Part shown: positions 18,064 through 26,200 of the stretch, in pieces | How the letters are laid out: every line of letters starts with the position of its first letter | Numbering within the stretch: position 1 is the stretch's first letter | Assembly: GCA_028712355.1 (NCBI GenBank) | Contig: JAQTQH010000004.1 | Location: 9 to 64,008, forward strand | DNA length: 64,000 nucleotides | Reading direction: 5' to 3' | Source of the DNA: Dehalococcoidales bacterium | Lineage (GTDB): Bacteria > Chloroflexota > Dehalococcoidia > Dehalococcoidales > RBG-16-60-22 | The notes under the pieces: model-generated | What the model was told of the DNA's origin: nothing | The model's input: only the letters and a program-made list of their open reading frames with translations | The model's database searches: none | Position numbers and translations under genes: made by a program

Positions 18064-18360
18064 ATGAATTTCTGGCAATCTACCATCATCATAACGGTAC
18101 TGCTCATACTGTTTACCATATTGACCGCCTGTGAACCCGTCTCCCGGGAAAGTTATCGGCAACAGCAGCAGGAGTACTACCGCCAGCAGTGTGAAAACAT
18201 TCTCCGGGAATTCCAGAGACAGCAGGACGCCCAGGATAAAGCCATGCAGGAATTCTACCAAGCTTATGCCGATAACCTGAGCCATTATTTCCAGCAGCAA
18301 CACGAAAACGAGCAGGCGCTACTGGAGCAGCAGATAAAACAGGCGCAGCAGCAACAGTAG
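18064..18360 (+). CDS. Gln-rich small lipoprotein, hypothetical
   Basis: ATG 18064 with RBS gggagg. It has a signal peptide and lipobox (ILTAC). The mature part is very Q-rich (YRQQQQEYYRQQ...QAQQQQ). Confidence 0.5.
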   Translation: MNFWQSTIIITVLLILFTILTACEPVSRESYRQQQQEYYRQQCENILREFQRQQDAQDKAMQEFYQAYADNLSHYFQQQHENEQALLEQQIKQAQQQQ

Positions 18361-18362
18361 AA

Positions 18363-19028
18363 ATGATAGCTTCCAATATCCGCGAGAACGTGAAAAGAAT
18401 ACTCGCCGAGCTACCGCCGGACGTGCGATTGCTGGCGGCGGCGAAAGGCAGTACTCCTCAGGAAATCCTCGAGGCGGTCGATGCCGGAGCACAGCTTATC
18501 GGGGAAAATTACGTACAGGAGGCCGCGCTAACCTATGAAACCATCGGACGGCGGGCGGAGTGGCACTACATCGGCCACCTGCAAAAAAACAAGGTGAAAA
18601 GAGCGGTCGGTCTATTTGATGTGGTTGAGACAGTTGATTCTTCGGAAATCGCCCGGGAGATTGACCGCAGAAGCGCGGAAATCGGCAAAGTCATACCCAT
18701 CTTCATCGAGATAAACAGCGGACGGGAGCCGCAGAAATCGGGCGTATTCCCGGAGAATGTCGAAGCATTGATTAGAGAAATTGCTTCGCTCCCGAACCTC
18801 AAAGTCTCTGGTCTGATGACCATGGGTCCCGTTTCCGACAATCCTGAGGACGTCCGACCTTGCTTTACCGAGACGCGGAAAGTATTCGAGCGCATCCGCA
18901 ACTTAAATCTACCCAACGTGGAGATGAAGCACCTTTCGATGGGAATGTCTAACTCTTACCGCATCGCGGTGGAAGAGGGCGCTAACATCGTGCGTATCGG
19001 CACGCTTATTTTCGGCGCACGCGAATAA
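18363..19028 (+). CDS. yggS: YggS-family pyridoxal-phosphate homeostasis protein
   Basis: Its length and motifs fit the family (LLAAAKGSTPQEI, HYIGHLQKNKVK, LSMGMSNSYRIAVEEGANIVRIGTLIFG). Confidence 0.9.
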   Translation: MIASNIRENVKRILAELPPDVRLLAAAKGSTPQEILEAVDAGAQLIGENYVQEAALTYETIGRRAEWHYIGHLQKNKVKRAVGLFDVVETVDSSEIAREIDRRSAEIGKVIPIFIEINSGREPQKSGVFPENVEALIREIASLPNLKVSGLMTMGPVSDNPEDVRPCFTETRKVFERIRNLNLPNVEMKHLSMGMSNSYRIAVEEGANIVRIGTLIFGARE

Positions 19029-19033
19029 CAAAA

Positions 19034-19055
19034 GGGCGCACTTTTCAGTGCGCCC
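19034..19055. terminator. Hairpin between convergent genes (possible bidirectional terminator)
   Basis: gggcgcac-ttttca-gtgcgccc forms an 8-bp GC stem. The flanking U-tract is weak. Confidence 0.35.
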
Positions 19056-19148
19056 TCTGTATTTCCTAGTATTGCCTTAAGACCGGGAAATGTCGTTTTT
19101 CTAAAAATCGCAAAAGTCCTTGTCAACCAATCTGCAGTGACCCATCCT

Positions 19149-20570
19149 TTAGTACTTTATCGGGGTGCATTTCCACCAGTAGTCATGAACGCCTGCGACC
19201 AGACGCACCTGACGGAAGGTCATCTCTACAGGCATGCCCACTTTCACCTGGTCGGGATCGCGGTCGGTCATATCGCACATGATTCGGCCACCGCCTTCGA
19301 AGTCGACGGCGCAGACCGTGGACGGCGGGTCGACGCTGGCCGCCAGGTTATCCTGCGAGAACGTGGTGACTTTCGCCGGCTTATTGGCAAATGGATACGA
19401 GGTGAAATCATCTTTGCTGTGGCAAATCATGCACACGCGCTGCGCCGGGTACTGAGGAGCGCCGCACTTGTTGCACTTATTGCCGTACAGGGAAAGCCCA
19501 CCCATATTATCACGCCACAGGGCAACCGCCGAGGGGCGGTCCTGGGGCGGACGGGACGGTGGCTCGGAGATGACGATATCGCGCCAGCGCAGGTACTTCT
19601 CGTAGCTGGGCATCATCCTCTTGGCCGCGGCATGCTTCTTGATGCCGCGCTTGCCCGCCATTTTAGCAACCTTATCTGTTACTGCTATCGAATAGACATC
19701 GCAGCCATCGCCGTAGCTGACCCAGAGCAGCTTATCGCCGGCTTTGGCGTTCTCCAGGGCTTCCACCAGTAACATGAGAGACAGGGCGGTGCCGGTATTG
19801 CCAACCGTGTCCGCCATTGTGCTCTGCACCTGAGTCTTGGGGTCGAAACCGAGACCCTTGACGATGCTGTTCAGCAGGCCAGTATTGGGCACGTTGCAGA
19901 CTATTTTCGTGTAGTCTTTCGGAGTCTTTTTGAAGGCCGCGAGCGCTGCCTTCACCGTATCGTTAATAACCTTGGTATAGCCCTTCTCACGCACGAAACG
20001 CTCTTCGGAGGACTGCACGTAGGTATCCGTCTGCGAGCGATAGACATCAATCATTTCATTAAAGGCAGAATAGGCGTTGTCAATGGTAGCCACCGGCTCG
20101 CCATCACCGATGAGCAATGCACCAGCACCATCACCGAACTCCATCTCCTTGGCGCTGTTAGGCCAGGCGAGGCGGATATCAGCAGCGCAAACCAATGCGT
20201 TCTTTGATGTCTTGGACTTCACGGCGTCCAAAGCAATCTTAACTCCGCTGGTACCGCCGCGCATAGTGCTCGCCAGATCCAGCGTGAAAGCGCCCTTGCC
20301 GACATCAACCGCCATGGCAATTACCGAAGCAGACTGCTTTTCCTTATACGGGAATGTGGTGGAAGCAAAGTAGACGCTATCGACGGACTTTGCGTCTATC
20401 CCGGAGACACAGTCACGGCAGGCGGCTACTGCCAGCGTAATGCTGTCCTCATCAAAATTGGCGACGGCTTTTTCGCCGCGCGAGGGTGGGCCACCCCAGC
20501 CGCGGGCAATTTCCGCCCGGCTCAACCGGTGCCAGGGAACATAAGCGCCATAAGATAAAATACCTATCAT
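19149..20570 (-). CDS. Archaeal-type HMG-CoA-synthase-like (thiolase-fold) domain fused to a DUF35 zinc-ribbon/OB-fold domain
   Basis: The N-terminal ~345 aa resembles archaeal HMGCS (IGILSYGAYVPWHRLSRAEIARGWG, VGNTGTA, VSYGDG). The C-terminal ~120 aa is a DUF35-type rubredoxin-like ribbon (CNKCGAPQYPAQRVCMICHS) plus an OB fold. The start is set at ATG 20570, which has RBS aaggagagg at 8-nt spacing. Confidence 0.8.
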   Translation of the reverse strand: MIGILSYGAYVPWHRLSRAEIARGWGGPPSRGEKAVANFDEDSITLAVAACRDCVSGIDAKSVDSVYFASTTFPYKEKQSASVIAMAVDVGKGAFTLDLASTMRGGTSGVKIALDAVKSKTSKNALVCAADIRLAWPNSAKEMEFGDGAGALLIGDGEPVATIDNAYSAFNEMIDVYRSQTDTYVQSSEERFVREKGYTKVINDTVKAALAAFKKTPKDYTKIVCNVPNTGLLNSIVKGLGFDPKTQVQSTMADTVGNTGTALSLMLLVEALENAKAGDKLLWVSYGDGCDVYSIAVTDKVAKMAGKRGIKKHAAAKRMMPSYEKYLRWRDIVISEPPSRPPQDRPSAVALWRDNMGGLSLYGNKCNKCGAPQYPAQRVCMICHSKDDFTSYPFANKPAKVTTFSQDNLAASVDPPSTVCAVDFEGGGRIMCDMTDRDPDQVKVGMPVEMTFRQVRLVAGVHDYWWKCTPIKY

Positions 20571-20826
20571 CCTTGTCACCTCTCCTTAATAATATATGAA
20601 CTCATTTACGGAATAGCCTGAAAAGGAATTAAAAGTGAATTTTGAGGGTACCCAACACCCAGAAAGACCGCAATGTTTGACTGATTTTTCGCACACCAGA
20701 CTACCTTCACACGTTAGAACTTGAGTGGAAACTTAAGAAAATACCAGCCCAAACTCACTCCAATATAACCCTAAGCACCGCGCATTGTCAAGAATTCCGT
20801 ATGCTGGGGCGATAAGCGGATTATGA

Positions 20827-20856
20827 TTGACAAAAGTCGGTTAAAACCTGTATAGT
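20827..20856 (+). promoter_or_regulatory. Sigma-70-like promoter upstream of the acyl-CoA dehydrogenase gene
   Basis: ttgaca (20827-20832), an 18-nt spacer, then tatagt (20851-20856). Confidence 0.4.
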
Positions 20857-20940
20857 GAAGCCGAATTATGCACCTCTGCCGCAACATTTTTTCCCGCAGG
20901 CAGTTAACCCGCAAAATAATATTAAGATAAGGAGAAGACT

Positions 20941-22065
20941 GTGGATTTTAACCTGAGCGAAGAGCAGTTGATGCTGCAATCGATGGTAAAAGATTTTACC
21001 GCTAAAGAAATCGAACCGAGGGGCAAGCAAATTGACGACACCGCCAAGATTCCCGAAGATTTGATGAAAAAATACGCCGACCTCGGACTGTTCGGCATGG
21101 CGGTACCTAAGGAATATGACGGCTCCGAGATGGGCAACTTCGCCAAGATACTGGCGCTGGAACAACTGGCTTATGCCGGCTGCCCAGCCTGGTGGCCGGT
21201 AGCCTTCAACAACAGCCTGCCGTTCACCATTTATAAATTCGGCAATGATGAGCAGCGCCAGAAATATGTGAAAGGTAACCTGGACGGCAGCAAGCTCTAC
21301 TCCATCCAGTTTACCGAGCCGGAGACTGGCTCCGACCCCACCGCCCTCAAGACCACCGCCAAAAAAGACGGCGATTACTACATCATCAACGGGCAGAAGC
21401 GCTTCAGCACCTTCGGGCAGAAGAACGGCACAGCGATTGTCTGGACCAAGGACGATGAAGGCGGCTGCACCGCTTTCCTCGTCGAAAAGAACACCAAGGG
21501 CTACAGCGCCCCCACCGTCTGGGAACTAATGGCCGGTGAAGGCGAGCCTGCCGATGTCTACTACGAGGACTACCGCGTTCACAAGGACAACATCCTCTAC
21601 GGGAAAGGCAAGGGTTTCGATGTTCTGCTCTTCTGGATTTCCGTGGAAAAGATAGAGGGCTGCATCGTCGCAGTGGCAATGGCGCAGGCTGCCCTTGACG
21701 AGGCGGTCAAATACGGCAAGGAGCGCATCGTCCGCGGCAAACCGATGTCCGATATGCAGGGTATCCGATGGGAGTACGCCGATATGTACGCCAAGATTCA
21801 GGCGTGCCGGTGGATGACCTACCGCACCGCCGCCCTGCTCGATACCGACCCCAAGGCGTTCCAGCGGGAAGCCGCCGCCTGCAAGATATTCGTCCAGCCC
21901 ACCTGCACGCAGGTCATCCTCGACGCGCTGCGACTGCACGGCGGCTACGGCATTACCAAGGAATTCAAGATTGAGCGGCTGTACCGCTCCCAGCCCGGTA
22001 ACATTGTCATCTCGGTAAGCCTGGAAATCAATAAGTCCATCGTGGGTTCGGCGCTGGTAAGATAA
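20941..22065 (+). CDS. Acyl-CoA dehydrogenase
   Basis: GTG start with RBS aaggag. Typical ACAD layout and motifs (FTEPETGSDP, GQKRFST, RLHGGYGITKEF). Confidence 0.9.
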   Translation: MDFNLSEEQLMLQSMVKDFTAKEIEPRGKQIDDTAKIPEDLMKKYADLGLFGMAVPKEYDGSEMGNFAKILALEQLAYAGCPAWWPVAFNNSLPFTIYKFGNDEQRQKYVKGNLDGSKLYSIQFTEPETGSDPTALKTTAKKDGDYYIINGQKRFSTFGQKNGTAIVWTKDDEGGCTAFLVEKNTKGYSAPTVWELMAGEGEPADVYYEDYRVHKDNILYGKGKGFDVLLFWISVEKIEGCIVAVAMAQAALDEAVKYGKERIVRGKPMSDMQGIRWEYADMYAKIQACRWMTYRTAALLDTDPKAFQREAAACKIFVQPTCTQVILDALRLHGGYGITKEFKIERLYRSQPGNIVISVSLEINKSIVGSALVR

Positions 22066-22144
22066 TCTAAACAAGAAAAAGCACTTACCGCACCGTATGT
22101 CGCCACGATGTCCGGTGCGGTAAGTTTTATAAAGGGGGCAGCAA

Positions 22145-23200
22145 ATGATTAAAACCAGAATCACGGAACTGTTCGGCATCAAGCATCCCATCATGCTGGC
22201 GGGTATGAACTGGGTCACTGAACCTAACATCGTCTCCGCCGTCTGCAACGCCGGCGCACTGGGCGTTTTTGCCACCGCGCACTGCACCCCTGAGGAGACT
22301 CGTAAGAACATACAAGAAATCCGCAAGCTCACGGACAAGCCGTTCGGGGTGAATGTCATGCTTAACCTGCCCACGGCACCGGGTAACGTGGAAGCTATCC
22401 TTGATGAGAAGGTGCCCATCGTCAACTATGCGCTGGGCAAACCCGCATTTATCGATAAGGTGCATGCCTACGGCGGCAAGGTCATCGGCACAATCGCCAA
22501 AGCCAAGCACGCCGCCATGGCGGAAAAGCTGGGCGTCGATGCCATGTCCATCACCGGGCATGAAGCCGCCGCCCACGGCATGGAAGCGACTTCCATGATT
22601 CTGATTCCAATCGTCACCAGATGGTCAAAGGTACCCCTCATTGCGGCGGGCGGCTTTTATGACGGGAGCGGATTAGCCGCCGCCCTTTCGCTGGGCGCCG
22701 ATGCCGTCTCAATGGGCACGCGATTCATGCTGACTAAAGAAAGCCCTGTCCACGAAAACCTGAAGAAGTTCTGCCTCGATGCCACCGAGGAAGATTCCGT
22801 TTATAGCGATGTCTTCGACGGACTGCCCAGCCGCGTGATGCGCAACAAGGCATCTTTAAAGCTGCTGAAAGGCGGCTTCCCCCTCTTTAGTTCCTTCACC
22901 AGCGCCCTGCAGATGAAGAAGCTACTCAAGCTCTCGACGTGGGAGATGGTGCGCACCAGCCTGGGCATGATGAAGGCGGAGGAAAAGCGCAATCTCCTCG
23001 ACCAGGCGCGTTTCGCCAACATGGTCATCCTCGCCGAAAAAGCTATTTATAAGGGCGATGTGGAAAACGGCATCATTATCGCAGGGCAGAGCTGCGGCGG
23101 CATCAAAGACAAGGAATTGCCCACCTGTAAAGAGGTCATTGAAAACACGGTCGCCCAGGCGGAATCCATTATGAAGCGGCTGGGCACGCAGGTCTACTAA
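22145..23200 (+). CDS. Nitronate monooxygenase / FMN-dependent enoyl reductase family protein (NPD/FabK-like)
   Basis: TIM-barrel FMN oxidoreductase motifs are present (HPIMLAGMNWV, LIAAGGFYDGSGLAAALSLGADAVSMGTRF). Confidence 0.85.
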   Translation: MIKTRITELFGIKHPIMLAGMNWVTEPNIVSAVCNAGALGVFATAHCTPEETRKNIQEIRKLTDKPFGVNVMLNLPTAPGNVEAILDEKVPIVNYALGKPAFIDKVHAYGGKVIGTIAKAKHAAMAEKLGVDAMSITGHEAAAHGMEATSMILIPIVTRWSKVPLIAAGGFYDGSGLAAALSLGADAVSMGTRFMLTKESPVHENLKKFCLDATEEDSVYSDVFDGLPSRVMRNKASLKLLKGGFPLFSSFTSALQMKKLLKLSTWEMVRTSLGMMKAEEKRNLLDQARFANMVILAEKAIYKGDVENGIIIAGQSCGGIKDKELPTCKEVIENTVAQAESIMKRLGTQVY

Positions 23201-23259
23201 AATCCCTCTTGTGTCTCCCCTTTTCAAGGGGAGCAGCTCATCGTCACCTACCCTCTACG

Positions 23260-23295
23260 TCTCCTTCCCTTATATAGGGAGGGAGAATTGTTTTT
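23260..23295 (+). terminator. Rho-independent terminator after the NPD-family gene
   Basis: The 10-bp stem pairs tctccttccc with gggagggaga (one G-U pair) around the loop ttatata, followed by attgttttt. A second small hairpin (ctcccc-ttttcaa-ggggag) lies at 23215-23233. Confidence 0.55.
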
Positions 23296-23381
23296 AGGAG
23301 AGTCCTATTTTTATTACGTACTAAAGTAATATTGCGCTATTACTAGTACTAACATATCATAATATTTACGGGGTATTAATC

Positions 23382-23993
23382 ATGGTACAATTTTTAAATA
23401 CCGCTCAAACCTATTCTGAAATAGAAAGCATTGTAACAAAAGCAGAAAACAAACTTGTGCTCATTTCGCCCTTCTTAAGCGTTCCAGAACTTATGGTAGA
23501 ACGCCTACGATATGCTGCCATCAGACACAATTTGCCCGTAACGGTAGTATGTCGATTGAAAAAATTGAAAAAAGAAGAACGCAAATCCCTCAAGCGGGTT
23601 TGTAATCTGAAGTTGTTGGATTTACCCAACTTGCATGCAAAGTGTTTCTATAATGAGCAGTCGATGGTTATTACGTCTCTGAACCTTTATGATTTTTCAC
23701 GACTAAACAATAGAGAAATGGGAATTCTGTTGACCAAAGCAAATGATACTGAAGTGTTCAATGAAGCTATGAGCGAAGCTGAATTCATTGTTCAGACCGC
23801 AGTTCCAGAGACACATCGTGTGTTTTCTTTTGAATCGACCAGGGGACCGAGCCAGTTAAATAAATGGGAACACAATCGAAAGCGGAATTCGGTTGGCAGC
23901 CCTTTCACCGCTGATGTTGGTCTCTCGCTAAAAAGAGCTTTCCCAACGTTTTCCAAATTGCTGGGCTTCACGGGCAACAGAAACAGGTTCTAG
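23382..23993 (+). CDS. Phospholipase-D-superfamily (single HKD-like) Nuc-type nuclease candidate
   Basis: AT-rich 203-aa ORF. It has a single HxK motif in the context NLHAKCFYNEQSMVITSLNL (HKD-like with Glu in place of Asp) and a basic C-terminal tail. Confidence 0.6.
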   Translation: MVQFLNTAQTYSEIESIVTKAENKLVLISPFLSVPELMVERLRYAAIRHNLPVTVVCRLKKLKKEERKSLKRVCNLKLLDLPNLHAKCFYNEQSMVITSLNLYDFSRLNNREMGILLTKANDTEVFNEAMSEAEFIVQTAVPETHRVFSFESTRGPSQLNKWEHNRKRNSVGSPFTADVGLSLKRAFPTFSKLLGFTGNRNRF

Positions 23994-24006
23994 AATTTGA
24001 TTCTTC

Positions 24007-24795
24007 TTACTTCCCTTTAAACTTCGGCGGGCGCTTCTCGAAAAAAGCGGCAATCCCCTCGGCGTGGTCATCCGAGTGAATCAACATACCAAAGGCATGG
24101 GCTTCCGCTTCCAGTGACTCTTTGAGGTCTTTATCCACGGCGGTATTGAGCTGGGTCTTGATAATGCCCAGCGCCCGCGTCGGCCCGGCGGCAAGCTGAT
24201 TCGCCAGCGCATAGACTGTCTTTTCCAGCTCGGCGTCCGGCACCACCTGATTAATCAACCCGATGCGCTCGGCTTCTTTAGCGTCAACCATCTTGCCGGT
24301 CATAAAAAGCTCTTTGGCTTTCGCCAGGCCGACCAGCCGCGTCACTAAATAGGAGCCGCCGTAGTCCGAGGCAAGCCCCACCCGCACAAAGAGTTCCCCG
24401 AACATTGCATTATCCGAAGCGATTATCATATCGCAGGCGAGCGCCAGGTTAAAACCCGCCCCCACCGCCGGGCCGCGCACCATGGCGATAACCGGTTTTT
24501 CCATCCCGGTGATGCCGCCCAAAACCCGCAGCATCATCCGGCGCACAGAATCGCGCGTCTCCAGGGGAGTCTTATTATCATGCAGATTTTTCAGGTCTTT
24601 GATGTCCCCGCCCGCGCAAAAGGCTTTGCCTTCACCGCACAGCACCACGACTTTCGTTTCCTCATCATCGCGCAGTTCCTCAAAGACCTGCGCGATACTC
24701 TGGCTCATCCGGCCATCCAGAGCGTTACGGATTTCGGGATGGCTCAATATTAACGTGGTCACACCCTGCTCTTTTTTTACCTTAACAAAATCCAT
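24007..24795 (-). CDS. Enoyl-CoA hydratase/isomerase (crotonase family)
   Basis: The crotonase oxyanion motifs are present (GKAFCAGGDI, VRGPAVGAGFNLALACD). Confidence 0.9.
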   Translation of the reverse strand: MDFVKVKKEQGVTTLILSHPEIRNALDGRMSQSIAQVFEELRDDEETKVVVLCGEGKAFCAGGDIKDLKNLHDNKTPLETRDSVRRMMLRVLGGITGMEKPVIAMVRGPAVGAGFNLALACDMIIASDNAMFGELFVRVGLASDYGGSYLVTRLVGLAKAKELFMTGKMVDAKEAERIGLINQVVPDAELEKTVYALANQLAAGPTRALGIIKTQLNTAVDKDLKESLEAEAHAFGMLIHSDDHAEGIAAFFEKRPPKFKGK

Positions 24796-24811
24796 GCTGT
24801 CCTCCTTTATG

Positions 24812-26200
24812 TCAACTGCGTTGCTGGCGGAGCGCTCTCTTCCCTGCCGGGCGTGTATCGCCCCGGTAGTCCGGCGCCAGTATCACGAAGAACGTGCTCA
24901 GCTTGGGGTCAATCAAGCGGGACGCCACGCGCGTCTCTATTTTATCCAGCGAGCAGGTGGTCGTAATGATGGTCGCCAGGCGGGCATTATATCGATAATT
25001 GATTATCTGATAGAGCTTTTCCTGCGCCCACGGCGTGCTCGATTGCTCCCCGAAATCGTCCAGCACCAGCAGCGGCGCCGTCTTGACGCTCTCGAAAAGC
25101 TGGTCGTAAGAGACCTTGCTGTCCGGGCTGAAGGCGTAGCGTAAATGGTCGAGCAGTTCCGGTACGACCTGGAACATGGCGGGGCGGTCCGCTTCATACT
25201 GGTAATTGATGATTGCCGCCGCGAGGTGGGTCTTGCCGCAGCCGTTGACGCCCTGGAAGACCAGCCAGCCTTCCGGCGTCCTGGCAAATTCAAAAGCGAG
25301 GCGCTTCGCCGCTTCAAGGTTTTCGCGCTGCTCGGGCAGCAGGTTGACCCTTTCCATAAAATTCTGGAAAGTCATGCTCTTTTGCGCTTCAAACTGCTGC
25401 CCCCATCCGTAGCCCAGCGTCGGTTTTTCTTCCCCGATGGTATAGATGCAGCACAAGCGCGGGTCGGTGAAGCGCGTGCGCAGTCGGTCGTCGTATTGCT
25501 CCACGGGCGATTGTAAGACAATCACAGTGGGCAACTCGCTGTTAAAGCGGTGCGTCAGCAATTGCTCCAGTTTCTCTTTTGCCCAGGGAGTACCGGCCTG
25601 TGCGCTCAGGTCGTCCAGAACCAGCAGCGGGGCGCTGCGCATCCGCTCAAAAAACTCGTCATAAGGCATCTCGCTGCCGGGACTGAAGGCGGAGCGCAGG
25701 TGGTCGAGCAGGTCGGGAGCGGAGAGGTAAAGAGCCGGGTTATCCTGCTTAATCCGCTCGTTGGCGATCGCGGCGGCGAGGTGGGTCTTGCCGCAGCCGC
25801 TGGGACCGGAGATGATGAACCAGCCTTCTGGCTCAGCGGCGAAAGACTTCGCCGCATTATATACTCGGGCGAACTGCTCCTGCTGGACCGGGCTGCCGCT
25901 CCGGCCGCGCGGCTCAAGATTTTCAAAAGTGGAATTTCGTAGCGAGCCAAGATTACTATATTGTTGCAAGCGTGCCTGGCGGTCTTTGTCCAGATTCTGC
26001 TGCGTGCAGCGGCAGGGCACCACTAGGCTATAGTCCGCCTTCCCCGAAGGAAGAACGGGGTGAACGAAGCCAGCACCTTTACAGAGAGGGCAGTCAGCGT
26101 TGGGCGAAGTTCTTTCCTCAGCGCTGGACCATGTGTCCATATCTCTGTTTGAGGTACCGTTCGCCGCCTTCTTGAGAATCTCGCGGATGTGTTCCATCAC
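24812..26200 (-). CDS. dnaC: DnaC/DnaI-type helicase loader with two tandem AAA+ modules and an N-terminal Cys motif
   Basis: There are two Walker A motifs (SGPSGCGKTHLAAAIAN and QGVNGCGKTHLAAAIIN) and two Walker B motifs (LLVLDDLSAQ and LLVLDDFGEQ). The N-terminus has CPLCKGAGF...CRC. The start is uncertain: codons at 26200/26197/26140 all overlap the upstream gene. Confidence 0.8.
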   Translation of the reverse strand: MMEHIREILKKAANGTSNRDMDTWSSAEERTSPNADCPLCKGAGFVHPVLPSGKADYSLVVPCRCTQQNLDKDRQARLQQYSNLGSLRNSTFENLEPRGRSGSPVQQEQFARVYNAAKSFAAEPEGWFIISGPSGCGKTHLAAAIANERIKQDNPALYLSAPDLLDHLRSAFSPGSEMPYDEFFERMRSAPLLVLDDLSAQAGTPWAKEKLEQLLTHRFNSELPTVIVLQSPVEQYDDRLRTRFTDPRLCCIYTIGEEKPTLGYGWGQQFEAQKSMTFQNFMERVNLLPEQRENLEAAKRLAFEFARTPEGWLVFQGVNGCGKTHLAAAIINYQYEADRPAMFQVVPELLDHLRYAFSPDSKVSYDQLFESVKTAPLLVLDDFGEQSSTPWAQEKLYQIINYRYNARLATIITTTCSLDKIETRVASRLIDPKLSTFFVILAPDYRGDTRPAGKRALRQQRS

